Shown piece by piece: positions 53,601 through 64,000 of a stretch of 64,000 nt of DNA (its first letter is position 1; each line of letters starts with the position of its first letter). A program made the position numbers and the translations under genes. A model generated the notes under the pieces. The model saw nothing but the letters and a program-made list of their open reading frames with translations. It was not told where the DNA came from and made no database searches. Source of the stretch: Octopus sinensis (lineage: Eukaryota); contig NW_021836298.1 of assembly GCF_006345805.1 (NCBI RefSeq), positions 1 through 64,000 on the forward strand. The letters run 5' to 3'.

Positions 53601-54678
53601 CTAAATCCTCTGAGTCAAAATCACGTGATTAAAATATGTCCAACACTTCAGTCCACTCAGCTGGCGAAAATATGTAATTTTACAGCGGACTAAATCAAAA
53701 TCAAAATCGATCAACATCAATGGAAATTGTAGCTGTGATACCAGTGCCGGTGGTACGTAAAAGAACCATCCGAACGTGGCCGTTACCAGTGCCGCCCGAC
53801 TGGCCTCTGTGCCGATGGCACGTAAAAAGCACCTTCCAATCGTGACCGTTTGCCAGCCTCGTCTGGCACCTGTGCCGGTGGCACGTAAAAAGCACCCACT
53901 ACATTCACGGAGTGGTTGGCGTTAGGAAGGGCATCCAGCCGTAGAAACTTTGCCAGATCAGACTGGGCCTGGTGCAGCCTTCTGGCTTGCAGACCCCAGT
54001 TGAACCGTCCAACCCATGCTAGCATGGAAAGCGGACACTAAATGATGATGACTAGCGTCCTATTCATGGAAAAATATATAAGCCGGGGGAACCGGGAAAC
54101 CAACCCTATGCTTTTTATGATGTAATGTGGTCTAACATAATTAGGTACAGTTACTTTCTACTCACCAGGTGGTTCTGCCAACATCTGGACTTCCGGTTTT
54201 GACGACTTTGGACCCTCTGAAATAAACAATTTCATGTTTTAAACACTGTAGAAAAAATTCTTTATCATTATTAATAATCGATATTTTATTATTGTTAGAC
54301 AATCCTATCATCATTGGTCAACTGGTGACCATCATGCTTTTGGAGAGCATTTGTATAATTTCTTGAGTATTACTATGTAACGATTCAAAATTTAGGTCCA
54401 CAACAGCCTAAACTACACTTAACAACCCTTCTCTGTCTCTTAAGGCATCCAGCAATTCTAACAATTCTGAAATTATCTCATTTAATTATCACCTAATAAC
54501 AACAGATTCTCTCTTAGTTTCGTTTTGGTTTTCTTATGTTTGTTCCAGATCTTTGACAAGACATCGTCATTTCACCTCCAGAGATCTCTAATCAATATTC
54601 GTCTCATCTTCTGCTAAGTTCAAATGTCAACCAAGTTGCGCATCGAATATCCAACCCCAAACACGAAACACCACTTCA

Positions 54679-54722
<44 letters not shown>

Positions 54723-56006
54723 GTTCTCTTTGTTATTGGTTACTACTAGTAATCTTTAATCTTAATTACCCACATCACAGTTCTCCAGAATGTAATCAGA
54801 TGTGGGGAAATATCTGAAGATATTTCAATGTCATTCATCCTCCTGAATAAAGCAGGTCGAACAGAAAGTGACATCAGGTCTAACAGGAAGTGATATCTCG
54901 TGTCCTAAATTAACACACTACATTCACACAAAACCTCTTTAACGACATAAAACTTGTCATCCAAACATTATTGCTGTGAAAATATTTGAAACGGTTCAGA
55001 AGAACTGATACTCAGGAATACTAATCTATACATCAATCAAAGTTTCCCACCCTTTTGATGTCCCCTCTCTAATGTTGGTCCCTAAACCCTCAGTTGAGAT
55101 TTTCTTATTGAGTCTCCTATTTTATAAAGGCTCCCTCTTATATTCATATAACTGCAGTTGTTTTTAATTATCAGATTCCGAAGATATTGATAAATCATTA
55201 ATCACTCTAATCACACACAAGATGTCGGTATTTACTGATAGAACCTTGGTGATTTATTGGTATTTAGTCACCATTTATAATTCAGTATTCTTTATTATTT
55301 TTATGTTGCAGAAATCAACCATCTTGAAGTGTGACAAGTCTTCTAATTGGACAAGAACAAAGTTTAGTGGGAGTAGTGAGAGACATAATATGACAGAGAA
55401 AAAGACACCTGGAACATCTTTTATCAAAAGTGTGCTTGATTAAGGCAGAACTGGATCTACACAACAGGAAATACAATATTCCACACCATACAGCCCAAGA
55501 GACAAACAGACAGATCATACAGTATTCTTACCCAAACTATTTTTGCTCGTTATATTCTGTCCACACTTGAGGCATTGTTTAGGTATCTTTTGGGGACAGC
55601 ATTTCTTACACAGCGAAAGATGTTTACATGGAAAGAACGTCTCTGTGGCCACTTCGTCTTCACAAAACACACATCTGAGGAACAAAAACATGAACACATC
55701 CCATTAATAACATTCATTTATAACAAATATTACATTGCGTGCATATTTACAGTAGAGAATATTATGCGACACCACAATTAAACAATTACATATGGGCGAA
55801 TTTGTGAGTATATAAATGCAGACCCAGACACACAGACACAGACACAGGCACACACACACACACATACACACACATATATATATATATATAAATGGACACA
55901 AATATTAATAAGTATATGTCATGACATTGATACATCACAAAAACTGATTTACGCAAAGTGAACAACATATATTCCAGAAATATAATTCACTTATATATAT
56001 ATATAT

Positions 56007-56068
<62 letters not shown>

Positions 56069-56292
56069 AGTGTCCGAGTCAGTCGCCATGATAGATTGTT
56101 AGCCGCTACACACATTTTTTTCTCTCCTTGTTTCTATCCTTGTTTTTTTTTCCGTGTCCCTTTCTGTAGAAGAGCGAAGGCTCGAAACGTAAAAGACTTT
56201 TTCTATTCCTTCAACACCATCTGTCATCGTCTTTTGTTTTTTTCGTAAACACTCCCTATATATATATATATATTATATATATATATATATAT

Positions 56293-56360
<68 letters not shown>

Positions 56361-57040
56361 ATGTGTGTTTGTGTGTGTGTGTGCGTATATATATATATAT
56401 ATATATATACACGGGGGGAAATAGATATTCGTAATGTCAAAATTCTTTCTTTATTTAATTTCTAATGAACATAAATGGGATATACCACTATTATATATTT
56501 GCATACAGATGCATAAACTAAGAATATGCGAAAGAAACTAATAAATTATAGTAACTAAGGAATTTATATACAATTATAAATATTTAGGGGTGAAAAAAGT
56601 ATTCGTAAAGAATATAGATAACTGATAATTCTGATTTAATACTTCGTAGCATAACCATTATTCAGTTCCACTTCAACCAATCTCTTCTTGTAGTTCTTCA
56701 CCAATGACTCGCATGTTTCTTTAGGAATTTTTTCCTATTCTTCTTGACAAATTTTCTTCAAATCTGTAATGCATGTTGGGGCTCTTGAATTTCAGTTTTC
56801 AAATAACGCCACAAATTTTCAATGGGGTTCAAGTCAGGTGACAGGCTTGGCCATTACAATAATTTTATATTGTGATTGACAATCCATATTTGGTAGACTT
56901 CACCGTGTGCTTAGGGCCGTTTCCCTGTTGTAAAACCCACCCTTCACAAAGCTGGAGCTTTTCAACAGAGTCCCATAAATTATTGTTCAAAATATTTTGG
57001 TACATCTCTGCATTCATTCTACCACACACACACACACGCA

Positions 57041-57086
<46 letters not shown>

Positions 57087-57248
57087 AATGGACACAAATA
57101 TTAATAAATATATGTCATAACATTGATACATCACAAAAAGTGATTTACGCAAAGTGAACAACATATATTCCAGAAATATAATTCATTTATATACATACAC
57201 ATACACACACACATACATACATACATACATACATACATACATACATCA

Positions 57249-57279
<31 letters not shown>

Positions 57280-57560
57280 GTTTAGATGGGCTGGACATAT
57301 CGCCCAGCTCACCGAAAATCTGTGGACACGCGCAGTTGTCGAGTGGTACCCGCGCGAGTGGAAACGACCACCCGGAAGGCCTTCACGTCGGTGGAGTAAC
57401 GATTTCAGGAGGACGATTGGGATCACGTGGATGAGGAAGGCGCGATCCAGAGAGAAGTGGACAGCGTGCTGTGACCAGCGGTGTCAATTGGACGCCCGAG
57501 GGACTAGTCGGTCAAGGTGATATATATGTATGTATGAATATATGTATGAACGTATGTATA

Positions 57561-57617
<57 letters not shown>

Positions 57618-58643
57618 ATATATAGACATACATACATACATACATACGTACGTACGTACGTACGTACGTACATACATGCATACATACATGCATACATATA
57701 ACACTTGATTGTATCTAATCTGTTTTAGAAGTCGTCTATACTTAGACATTTGACTTTGAATTTTATGGATGGACAGATAGGACACAATTCCTACAGCTTC
57801 ATGTATGGCTGATCCATGCCACAAAACAGGTCATTGTTCTAAATTAGAGTAATGACTTTAGATTTATATACGATATGTGTGTACATAACCAGGGAATTAT
57901 TTTCAAAAGTGATGAGTTGAATGCAGTAAATGTCATGTTTCCATCTGCCATCACTGCACCACAAACTTCAGATTGATCTCAGGCCATTACAAGGTACATT
58001 GTTATTCTATGACTGAAAGACTGTGAGAAATAGTTCAACTACCTGATTGGTCCCTTCAGTGCCTGATCCATGCGTCTTCCTCCACCATGGCTGTGGAATA
58101 AATAGCAAGTTACATTTCGTTACACAGAGACACTCTAATTTACAGTAGAGAATATTATGCGACGCCACAATTAAACAATTACATATGGGCGAATTTGTGA
58201 GTATATAAATGCAGATACAGACACACAGACACAGACACAGACACACAGACACAGACACACACACACACACACATACACACATATATATATATATAAATGG
58301 ACACAAATATTAATAAGTATATGTCATGACATTGATACATCACAAAAACTGATTTACACAAAGTGAACAACATATATTCCAGAAATATAATTCACTTATA
58401 TATATATGTGTGTGTGTGTGTCCGAGTCAGTCGCCATGATAGATTGTTAGCCGCTACACACATTTTTTTCTCTCCTTGTTCCTATCCTTGTTTTTTTTTT
58501 CCGTGTCCCTTTCTGTAGAAGAGCGAAGGCTCGAAACGTAAAAGACTTTTTCTATTCCTTCAATACCACCTGTCATCGTCTTTTGTTTTTTTCGTAAACT
58601 CTCCCTATATATATATATATAATAATATATATATATATATATG

Positions 58644-58677
<34 letters not shown>

Positions 58678-58711
58678 CGTATATTATATATATAATATAT
58701 AACATATACGC

Positions 58712-58744
<33 letters not shown>

Positions 58745-60265
58745 CACGGGGGGAAATAAATATTCGTGCATGTCAAAATTCTTTATTTATTTAATTTCTA
58801 ATGAACATAAATGGGATATACCACTATTATATATTTGCATACAGATGCATAAACTAAGAATATGCAAAAGAAACTAATAAATTATAGTAACTAAGGAATT
58901 TATATACAATCATAAATATTTAGGGGTGAAAAAAGTATTCGTACAGAATATAAATAACTGATAATTCTGATATGATACTTCGTAGCATAACCATTATTCA
59001 GTTCCACTTCAACCAATATCTTCTAGTAGTTCTTCCCCAATAACTCGCATGTTTCTTTAGGAATTTTTTCCTATTCTTCTTGACAAATTTTCTTCAAATC
59101 TGTAATGCATGTTGGGGCTCTTGAATTTCAGTTTTCAAATAACGCCACAAATTTTCAATGGGGTTCAAGTCAGGTGACAGGCTTGGCCATTACAATAATT
59201 TTATATTGTGATTGACAATCCATATTTGGTAGACTTCACCGTGTGCTTAGGGCCGTTACCCTATTGTAAAACCCACCCTTCACAAAGCTGGAGCTTTTCA
59301 ACAGAGTCCCATAAATTATTGTTCAAAATATTTTGGTACATCTCTGCATTCATTCTACCATCTATCACATGTAAATTGCCAGTACCATTTGCAGAGAAAC
59401 ACCCCCACACCTCCAATCTTTACGGTAGGAATTGTGTTTTTACTCCAAACATGGGTAAGCTAATTTCGTCCAAACAATTCAATTTTCGTCTCGTCTGTCC
59501 ATAGAACATTTTCCCAGAATGTATCAGATTTATCTTTATGTTCATAACAAATTTTAAAGGGCATCTCTATGCCTTTTAGTCAACAGAGGAGTTTTTCTAG
59601 GAGAGCGTAACTTCAGTTCATTCCTATGAAAACTCCTTTCTGGTGATTATTGCGTTTTTTTCCGATTCTTCTCTTCATTTTTCTTAAAGATCTTGGGGAA
59701 ATCTTGCGTGGTGCTCCGGATCTTATTCTGTTTTCAACAGTTCCCGATTCCTTATATCTTTGAATAAATGAAGATATGGTAGTAAGCGGAATACAAAGTG
59801 TCTCTGATATTTTCCTGTATCTTTTACCTACTTTCTACAGTTCAATAATTAAGTTTTTCACTGAATTTGTGAGTTCTTTACTTTTCGCCATTATTGCGAT
59901 ATCACTTTATGTTGTCTCAGTGCTGAATGAAGAAGCTAGTGTTTTGACACTCAAAAATGAAAACTGATAAGATTATTGGAATAAACAAGAAATTTCTAGT
60001 AAAAAATATTTTAACAGTATTTTGTGGCATAGAAAATCATACATTTATTCTGTACGAATACTTTTTTCACCCCTAAATATTTATGATTGTATATAAATTC
60101 ATTAGTTACTATAATTTATTAGTTTCTTTTGCATATTCTTAGTTTATGCATCTGTATGCAAATATATAATAGTGGTATATCCCATTTATGTTCATTAGAA
60201 ATTAAATAAAGAATTTTGACAGACGAATATTTATTTCCTCCCCACAGTATATATATATATAAAAT

Positions 60266-60361
<96 letters not shown>

Positions 60362-61040
60362 TACATGTATGTATCTATGTATGCATGTATAATACGTATG
60401 TATGTATGTATGTATTCGTGTATGTACGCTCATTGTATGTGTTTGTAGGCGATTTTCTCAGGATAGCTCACATGGACATGACTGGCTGGGACAGAGAAGA
60501 CAGAGGAATAATCTGTTGGTAGAGAGATAAATTCCATCACTTCACTATTTACTTGTACATTTTCTCATTGGTCCCAAATCTTTAAAATAGGGAATTGAGA
60601 GAGGTGGGTGGGGATTTTAGGAGAGGTATAACAGTCAACGCAACCAATCATTTGAATGTAATCAAAATAGTGTCCTTTCTTTTAATTAGCTTAACATCTG
60701 CATATTGTTTATTGTTCTTCTTACTGTTGTTGTCTAACCTTTCATTAAGCTACTAAGACAGTATAATGTATCAGTAGAATTAAAACAATATAAACATTTA
60801 AACATGGTTATATACAAAATAGAAAATGTAATGGTTTATCTTGTCATTGCCAGTGAATACTTACTGCGGTGGGAATAACATATTTAACATCTTTTTTAAA
60901 TTTTCCTTTTTTATTAGGTCCAATGGTGTTCTACCACTTTTGTTTTTACAGTAAAAGTTGGCCCCGTGGTGGGCTAGGTAGCTGGCAACTACCACACCAG
61001 AGCACCTTTCTTCGTTTCCCAGTTTCAGCTCTACGCAGAA
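41456..61040 (-). CDS. Copy B: ankyrin + RING + micro-exon linker + Death-domain protein (5'-partial), apparently intact
   Basis: join(61040-60865, 55674-55532, 54216-54166, 50181-50131, 49901-49857, 48237-48187, 47957-47913, 45530-45465, 44513-44442, 41658-41456) = 903 nt, all GT-AG, compatible phases, no internal stop. Confidence 0.85.
42020..42400 (-). mobile_element. Degenerate RTE-like RT C-terminal relic
   Basis: [21 protein letters not shown] resembles the RGRPRTRW motif. Confidence 0.45.
43020..43190 (-). mobile_element. CR1 3' end, same family as 33208-33706
   Basis: Reverse complement matches about 33545-33700. Confidence 0.8.
44442..44513 (-). CDS. Copy B first Death-domain exon (72 nt)
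   Basis: (E)[23 protein letters not shown] has the L-x2-(I/V)-A-x2-LG-x2-W Death-domain helix 1-2 pattern. Confidence 0.88.
45465..45530 (-). CDS. Copy B linker micro-exon 6 (66 nt, phase 1-1)
   Basis: TTTTCAG|(E)[21 protein letters not shown]|GTGAGT. Confidence 0.72.
46430..47560 (-). mobile_element. Degenerate non-LTR reverse transcriptase, HERO-like
   Basis: Minus-strand remnants [38 protein letters not shown]; many stops and frameshifts. Confidence 0.65.
47913..47957 (-). CDS. Copy B linker micro-exon 5 (duplicate of micro-exon 3)
   Basis: Same peptide as 49857-49901 with one synonymous change (GAA/GAG); offset 1944 bp. Confidence 0.6.
48187..48237 (-). CDS. Copy B linker micro-exon 4 (duplicate of micro-exon 2)
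   Basis: Same peptide as 50131-50181 with one synonymous change (TTG/CTG); offset 1944 bp. Confidence 0.72.
49437..49824 (+). mobile_element. tRNA-derived SINE (family 1), full length
   Basis: GGAGTGGCTGTGTGGTAAG...GGTTCAGTCCC head, internal microsatellite; copies at 4040-4137, 8043-8500 and 12018-12409 (all -), tails at 1-66 and 12750-12875. Confidence 0.85.
49857..49901 (-). CDS. Copy B linker micro-exon 3 (45 nt, phase 1-1)
   Basis: ATTTCAG|(G)[14 protein letters not shown]|GTGAGG. Confidence 0.6.
50131..50181 (-). CDS. Copy B linker micro-exon 2 (51 nt, phase 1-1)
   Basis: ATTTCAG|(V)[16 protein letters not shown]|GTGAGT. Confidence 0.72.
52560..53690 (-). mobile_element. Degenerate DDE-type transposase (possibly Sola-like)
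   Basis: [36 protein letters not shown] and [10 protein letters not shown] across broken ORFs; superfamily assignment uncertain. Confidence 0.6.
54166..54216 (-). CDS. Copy B linker micro-exon 1 (51 nt, phase 1-1)
   Basis: ATTTCAG|(E)[16 protein letters not shown]|GTGAGT. Confidence 0.72.
55532..55674 (-). CDS. Copy B RING finger exon (C3HC4, MIB/IAP type)
   Basis: [37 protein letters not shown] = C-x2-C-x11-C-x-H-x3-C-x2-C-x8-C-x2-C; AG/GT boundaries. Confidence 0.92.
56409..57025 (-). mobile_element. Partial duplicate of the Tc1 element (one TIR and the transposase 3' part)
   Basis: Near-identical to 58745-59367. Confidence 0.85.
57280..57530 (+). mobile_element. RTE-clade RT C-terminal fragment
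   Basis: RWAGHIAQ...[24 protein letters not shown]. Confidence 0.8.
58745..60247 (-). mobile_element. Tc1-family DNA transposon, degenerate, with about 210-bp TIRs
   Basis: Long TIRs at both ends, TA flanks; minus-strand remnants [12 protein letters not shown] and [11 protein letters not shown]. Confidence 0.88.
60865..61040 (-). CDS. Copy B last ankyrin exon
   Basis: [42 protein letters not shown]; TTTGTAG acceptor, GTAAGT donor. Confidence 0.9.
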
Positions 61041-62879
61041 CTACAAATGATGAAATATAAAATGATGAGTTAAAGATTACACAAACATATACTAAAGATG
61101 CCCCAAATTACACAACAGTTCAACTACATTTACACATAGTTTTGTTTCTCCAGTGATTAAACTATTCACACAGCGTTGATTTCTTACATCATCTCTTAGT
61201 TGAGTCCACTTTTCATTATCATTTGTTTTACTTTACGTTCTACATTAAGACAAAAATTATGATCATTATATTGACAAAACGCACATTAGTGGTCAACGTT
61301 ATTGCTTAACAATGATATTTAATGAGTAAATATTTACTTGCCAATCACAAATGTCACAAACTATTCAATAAAAACACAATATAAAGTTATTATAACATCA
61401 AGTCAAATATACACAATATAAGGACAGAAATGTCACAATAATGAAAGACAACAAACCAACAAGAACCTATCTCTACAACTGGCTTGATAAAGCCAAATGG
61501 CCACAGCAAGAGAAATACTTACGGAAGAGTATTGTACATATAAGTACTAGCTTAAGGTGACCCGCTCTACGCGTGGGTGAGGGTGTGATTGTTACTTTCT
61601 GTTGCTTCCTTTGTTTCTTATCGCCATATTCACCCTCTTTGTTCCTCTCTCCTTTCTCTCTCACTTCCTCACTCTCTTACTCTTCCTTTATCTCGGACTC
61701 TCCCTCACTTTCTCTTGCTTTTTATCTTTCTCTATCTCTCTATCTTCCATTTATGAAAAATTAGATTTCCGTGCTTAAATTACAAATCTTCTACTTTACC
61801 ATGTTGAAAATTTGATTGAAATCGGGCAAAAGGTGTCCAATCTAAACCCCCAATTGTCCCCCAAAATCAATAAAATCCCTATTTTCACACCAAAACGACC
61901 ACAGTAGCGCCCCAAAAGTCTCTCAAACAATTTCTCACCGCAAGTTACCCCCTCTTTTAAATTGTAATCCCCTTCCAGGCCCAATTACACATCTTTTTAC
62001 ATAAAAATCCAATTTGTATCATCGTTCGCCTTCTTCATTTGATAGATTAGAAATACATACCCGGTCTTGTTCGGGATTAAAATAGTTATTATTGTTTTAC
62101 TAGTTTTGGTATAATAACCCGATTTCATTCGGGTCTAAACGGGCCACATTTTAAAAGATGAGGGATTTTGCCCTAGAGTCCATGCCTTTCAATTGAGCAA
62201 ATTCGAAGTTCCAATACAAACTCGCTAGCACTTTTAACATAGGTGTGTTTATTTTTAGCACAATCCAACCACATATGCACACAGTATATATATAAATTAA
62301 CACAATATATCTGTTTAATAATATCTGTTATGATTGTGCGATGGAGGTGGGCGATATTAATTCACCGTTCTAAAAGACCTGTGGCGAGAATATTTAAACT
62401 TTTGCGGTTGTCATCGCTTTCTGTCTATAGATACAGACAGATGTACAGTGAGAGAGGTGGTGGAAGAAAGAGTGACAGAGAGACGTCGTTATAGAGGGAT
62501 CAAAAAATCACTCTTTTTGCCATAGCAACCACATCTTATAGCTTGCGAATTTTAACCATCGCGGGTCTCATTCTCACCACGCATTTAGTATCCTTGCCAA
62601 TTTGCAGCTCGATCCTTGCCTCGGTTGGCTGCCATTAACCTCCAAAGCAAATGTGCATAAAATTTTCGTCAAAGGACTGTTTTATAGATATGAATAACAC
62701 CACAAATAATATAAGTTATACCAGAAAAGAGAACAGCAACAACATAGCAAGGCCTTCAGACATAACAACTAAATCAACACCACATAGACATATCCACGCA
62801 GATCAATAATGTTTCTATAATTAAGTGGATTGGAGAGAAAAACAGGGTATATAAGGCATCGGATTTTGTGCGCAAGAGA

Positions 62880-63425
62880 GAAGTCTACCATGGTATGGTT
62901 ATGTGATGCATATGGATGAAGATAGCTTCATCAAGAAGGGGTGATCTCTCATTGTGGAGGGAATGTGTGGAGGGGGTAGACCCAGAAAGACGTGCAATAA
63001 TGTGGTGAGAAAGGACTGTCAGACGTTGGGCCTCACAGAGGGGATGAAATGGGAGCGATACTTTTGGCAGTCTGCTGTACTTGAGATAATATGCCAAGCT
63101 AAGTCGTCATTGTCCTTGCATACTGTCATGACCCCTGTATCATTCTTCGTCTGAGATATCCTAATCTTGTGGGATCATGGGTGCTGATGCTTCGGAAAAA
63201 TCACCCATGCTGGTGTCACATACAAATATCCGTGTCGGTGCTGCAGAAAAGCACGCAGTACATTATGTAAATTGGGTGGCATTAGGAAGGACGTCCAACT
63301 ATCGAAACAATGCGAAAAGAGATATGGAGCCCAGGTAGCTTTTCAGCTGACCAGCTTCTGTCAAAGCGTCGAACCCATGCCAGCTTTGAAAACAGTCGAT
63401 ACATTATCATGATGATGATGATGAT
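62880..63425 (+). mobile_element. Diverged RTE 3' fragment with (GAT)n tail
   Basis: WYGYVMHMDED...GRPRKT...LGLTE; similar to 246-830. Confidence 0.65.
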
Positions 63426-64000
63426 GAATTAATAAGGACACATCTTTTGATGAAGAAAGTGAAGTAAGGGAAGTAAGAATCGGTGTCACAGTTGAGCCAG
63501 AACACCAACGCATAGTTGATAAATTGTTCAGTGTTAGTCTGATGGACTATTCCAGTAGGTGGGGAGGTCGCTGGCTGTCAGAGTAGGTTCCTCTCACCAA
63601 AGTAGACATTACAACAATACACAGATGACCATCAACTGCCTGAATAGTAGTCAGTCATCTGTAGTGAGCTTTATTCATATGGGAATAGCCCAATGTCATA
63701 ATTCAAAACTAACGCAGCGAAAATTTTGAAAAGTTCCCCCAGTTCTGAAAAAAATCGATAAATTCGACATGGGGTCGAGAATCTAAACTTTTTATATGCA
63801 ACACATCTTCTGTCTAGAGGACGCAACTCGACCTTTTTATTGCCCAAAGGGACAGCTAGGAACATCGTATACACAGAAGTATTCGAGTGAAGAGAAGATA
63901 TTGCAACCTACACATGCACCTTCGTTCCCAAGAGGGAAAGGACTAGATTGGGACTAGTCGTTGCCTACTAGGGGCTCTTACATACCCAGGCAATGCCGGG

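Larger units (their letters stand above)
55745..59367. repeat. Local duplication in the ANK-RING intron of gene B (55745-57025, partial 57025-57190, 58139-59367)
   Basis: The same unique flank, pLTR and Tc1 end recur. Confidence 0.88.

Noticed and set aside
55315-55518. Cys-rich ORF as a second RING
   Set aside because: Cys/His spacing does not fit, and it overlaps intron sequence homologous to the post-RING intron of copy A.
61523-63660. Candidate upstream exons of gene B (donor-like sites near 61522 and 63597)
   Set aside because: Translations show no similarity to the corresponding ankyrin exons of copy A.

Overview
AT-rich, microsatellite-dense animal genomic DNA. The SINE, HINE and RTE repeat families look like those of octopus or another coleoid cephalopod (my recognition, not a database result). 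The host content is a tail-to-tail pair of paralogous multi-exon genes encoding ankyrin repeats + one C3HC4 RING (MIB/IAP type) + a C-terminal Death domain. Copy A (+, about 8.7-22.3 kb) is a pseudogene with about eight lesions. Copy B (-, 41456-61040, 5' part probably beyond the window) reads openly through ten exons (903 nt: 300 codons plus stop). B has six symmetric phase-1 micro-exons between RING and Death domain; four sit in tandem copies of the same intron+exon module as the first Death-domain exon, and at least one appears to be a frameshifted copy of it. A third, orphan 3'-UTR remnant of the family lies at about 36.3 kb. Other notable structure: a 312-bp fold-back that captures an exon of copy A, and nine hammerhead-ribozyme-like motifs in Penelope-type repeats, including a tandem tRNA-headed element. 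The remainder is transposon relics (Penelope, CR1, RTE, HERO-like, Tc1, Helitron/HINE, piggyBac-type MITEs, SINEs) and simple repeats. Exon boundaries were read by hand; identities are by eye; no alignment, folding or database search was run.
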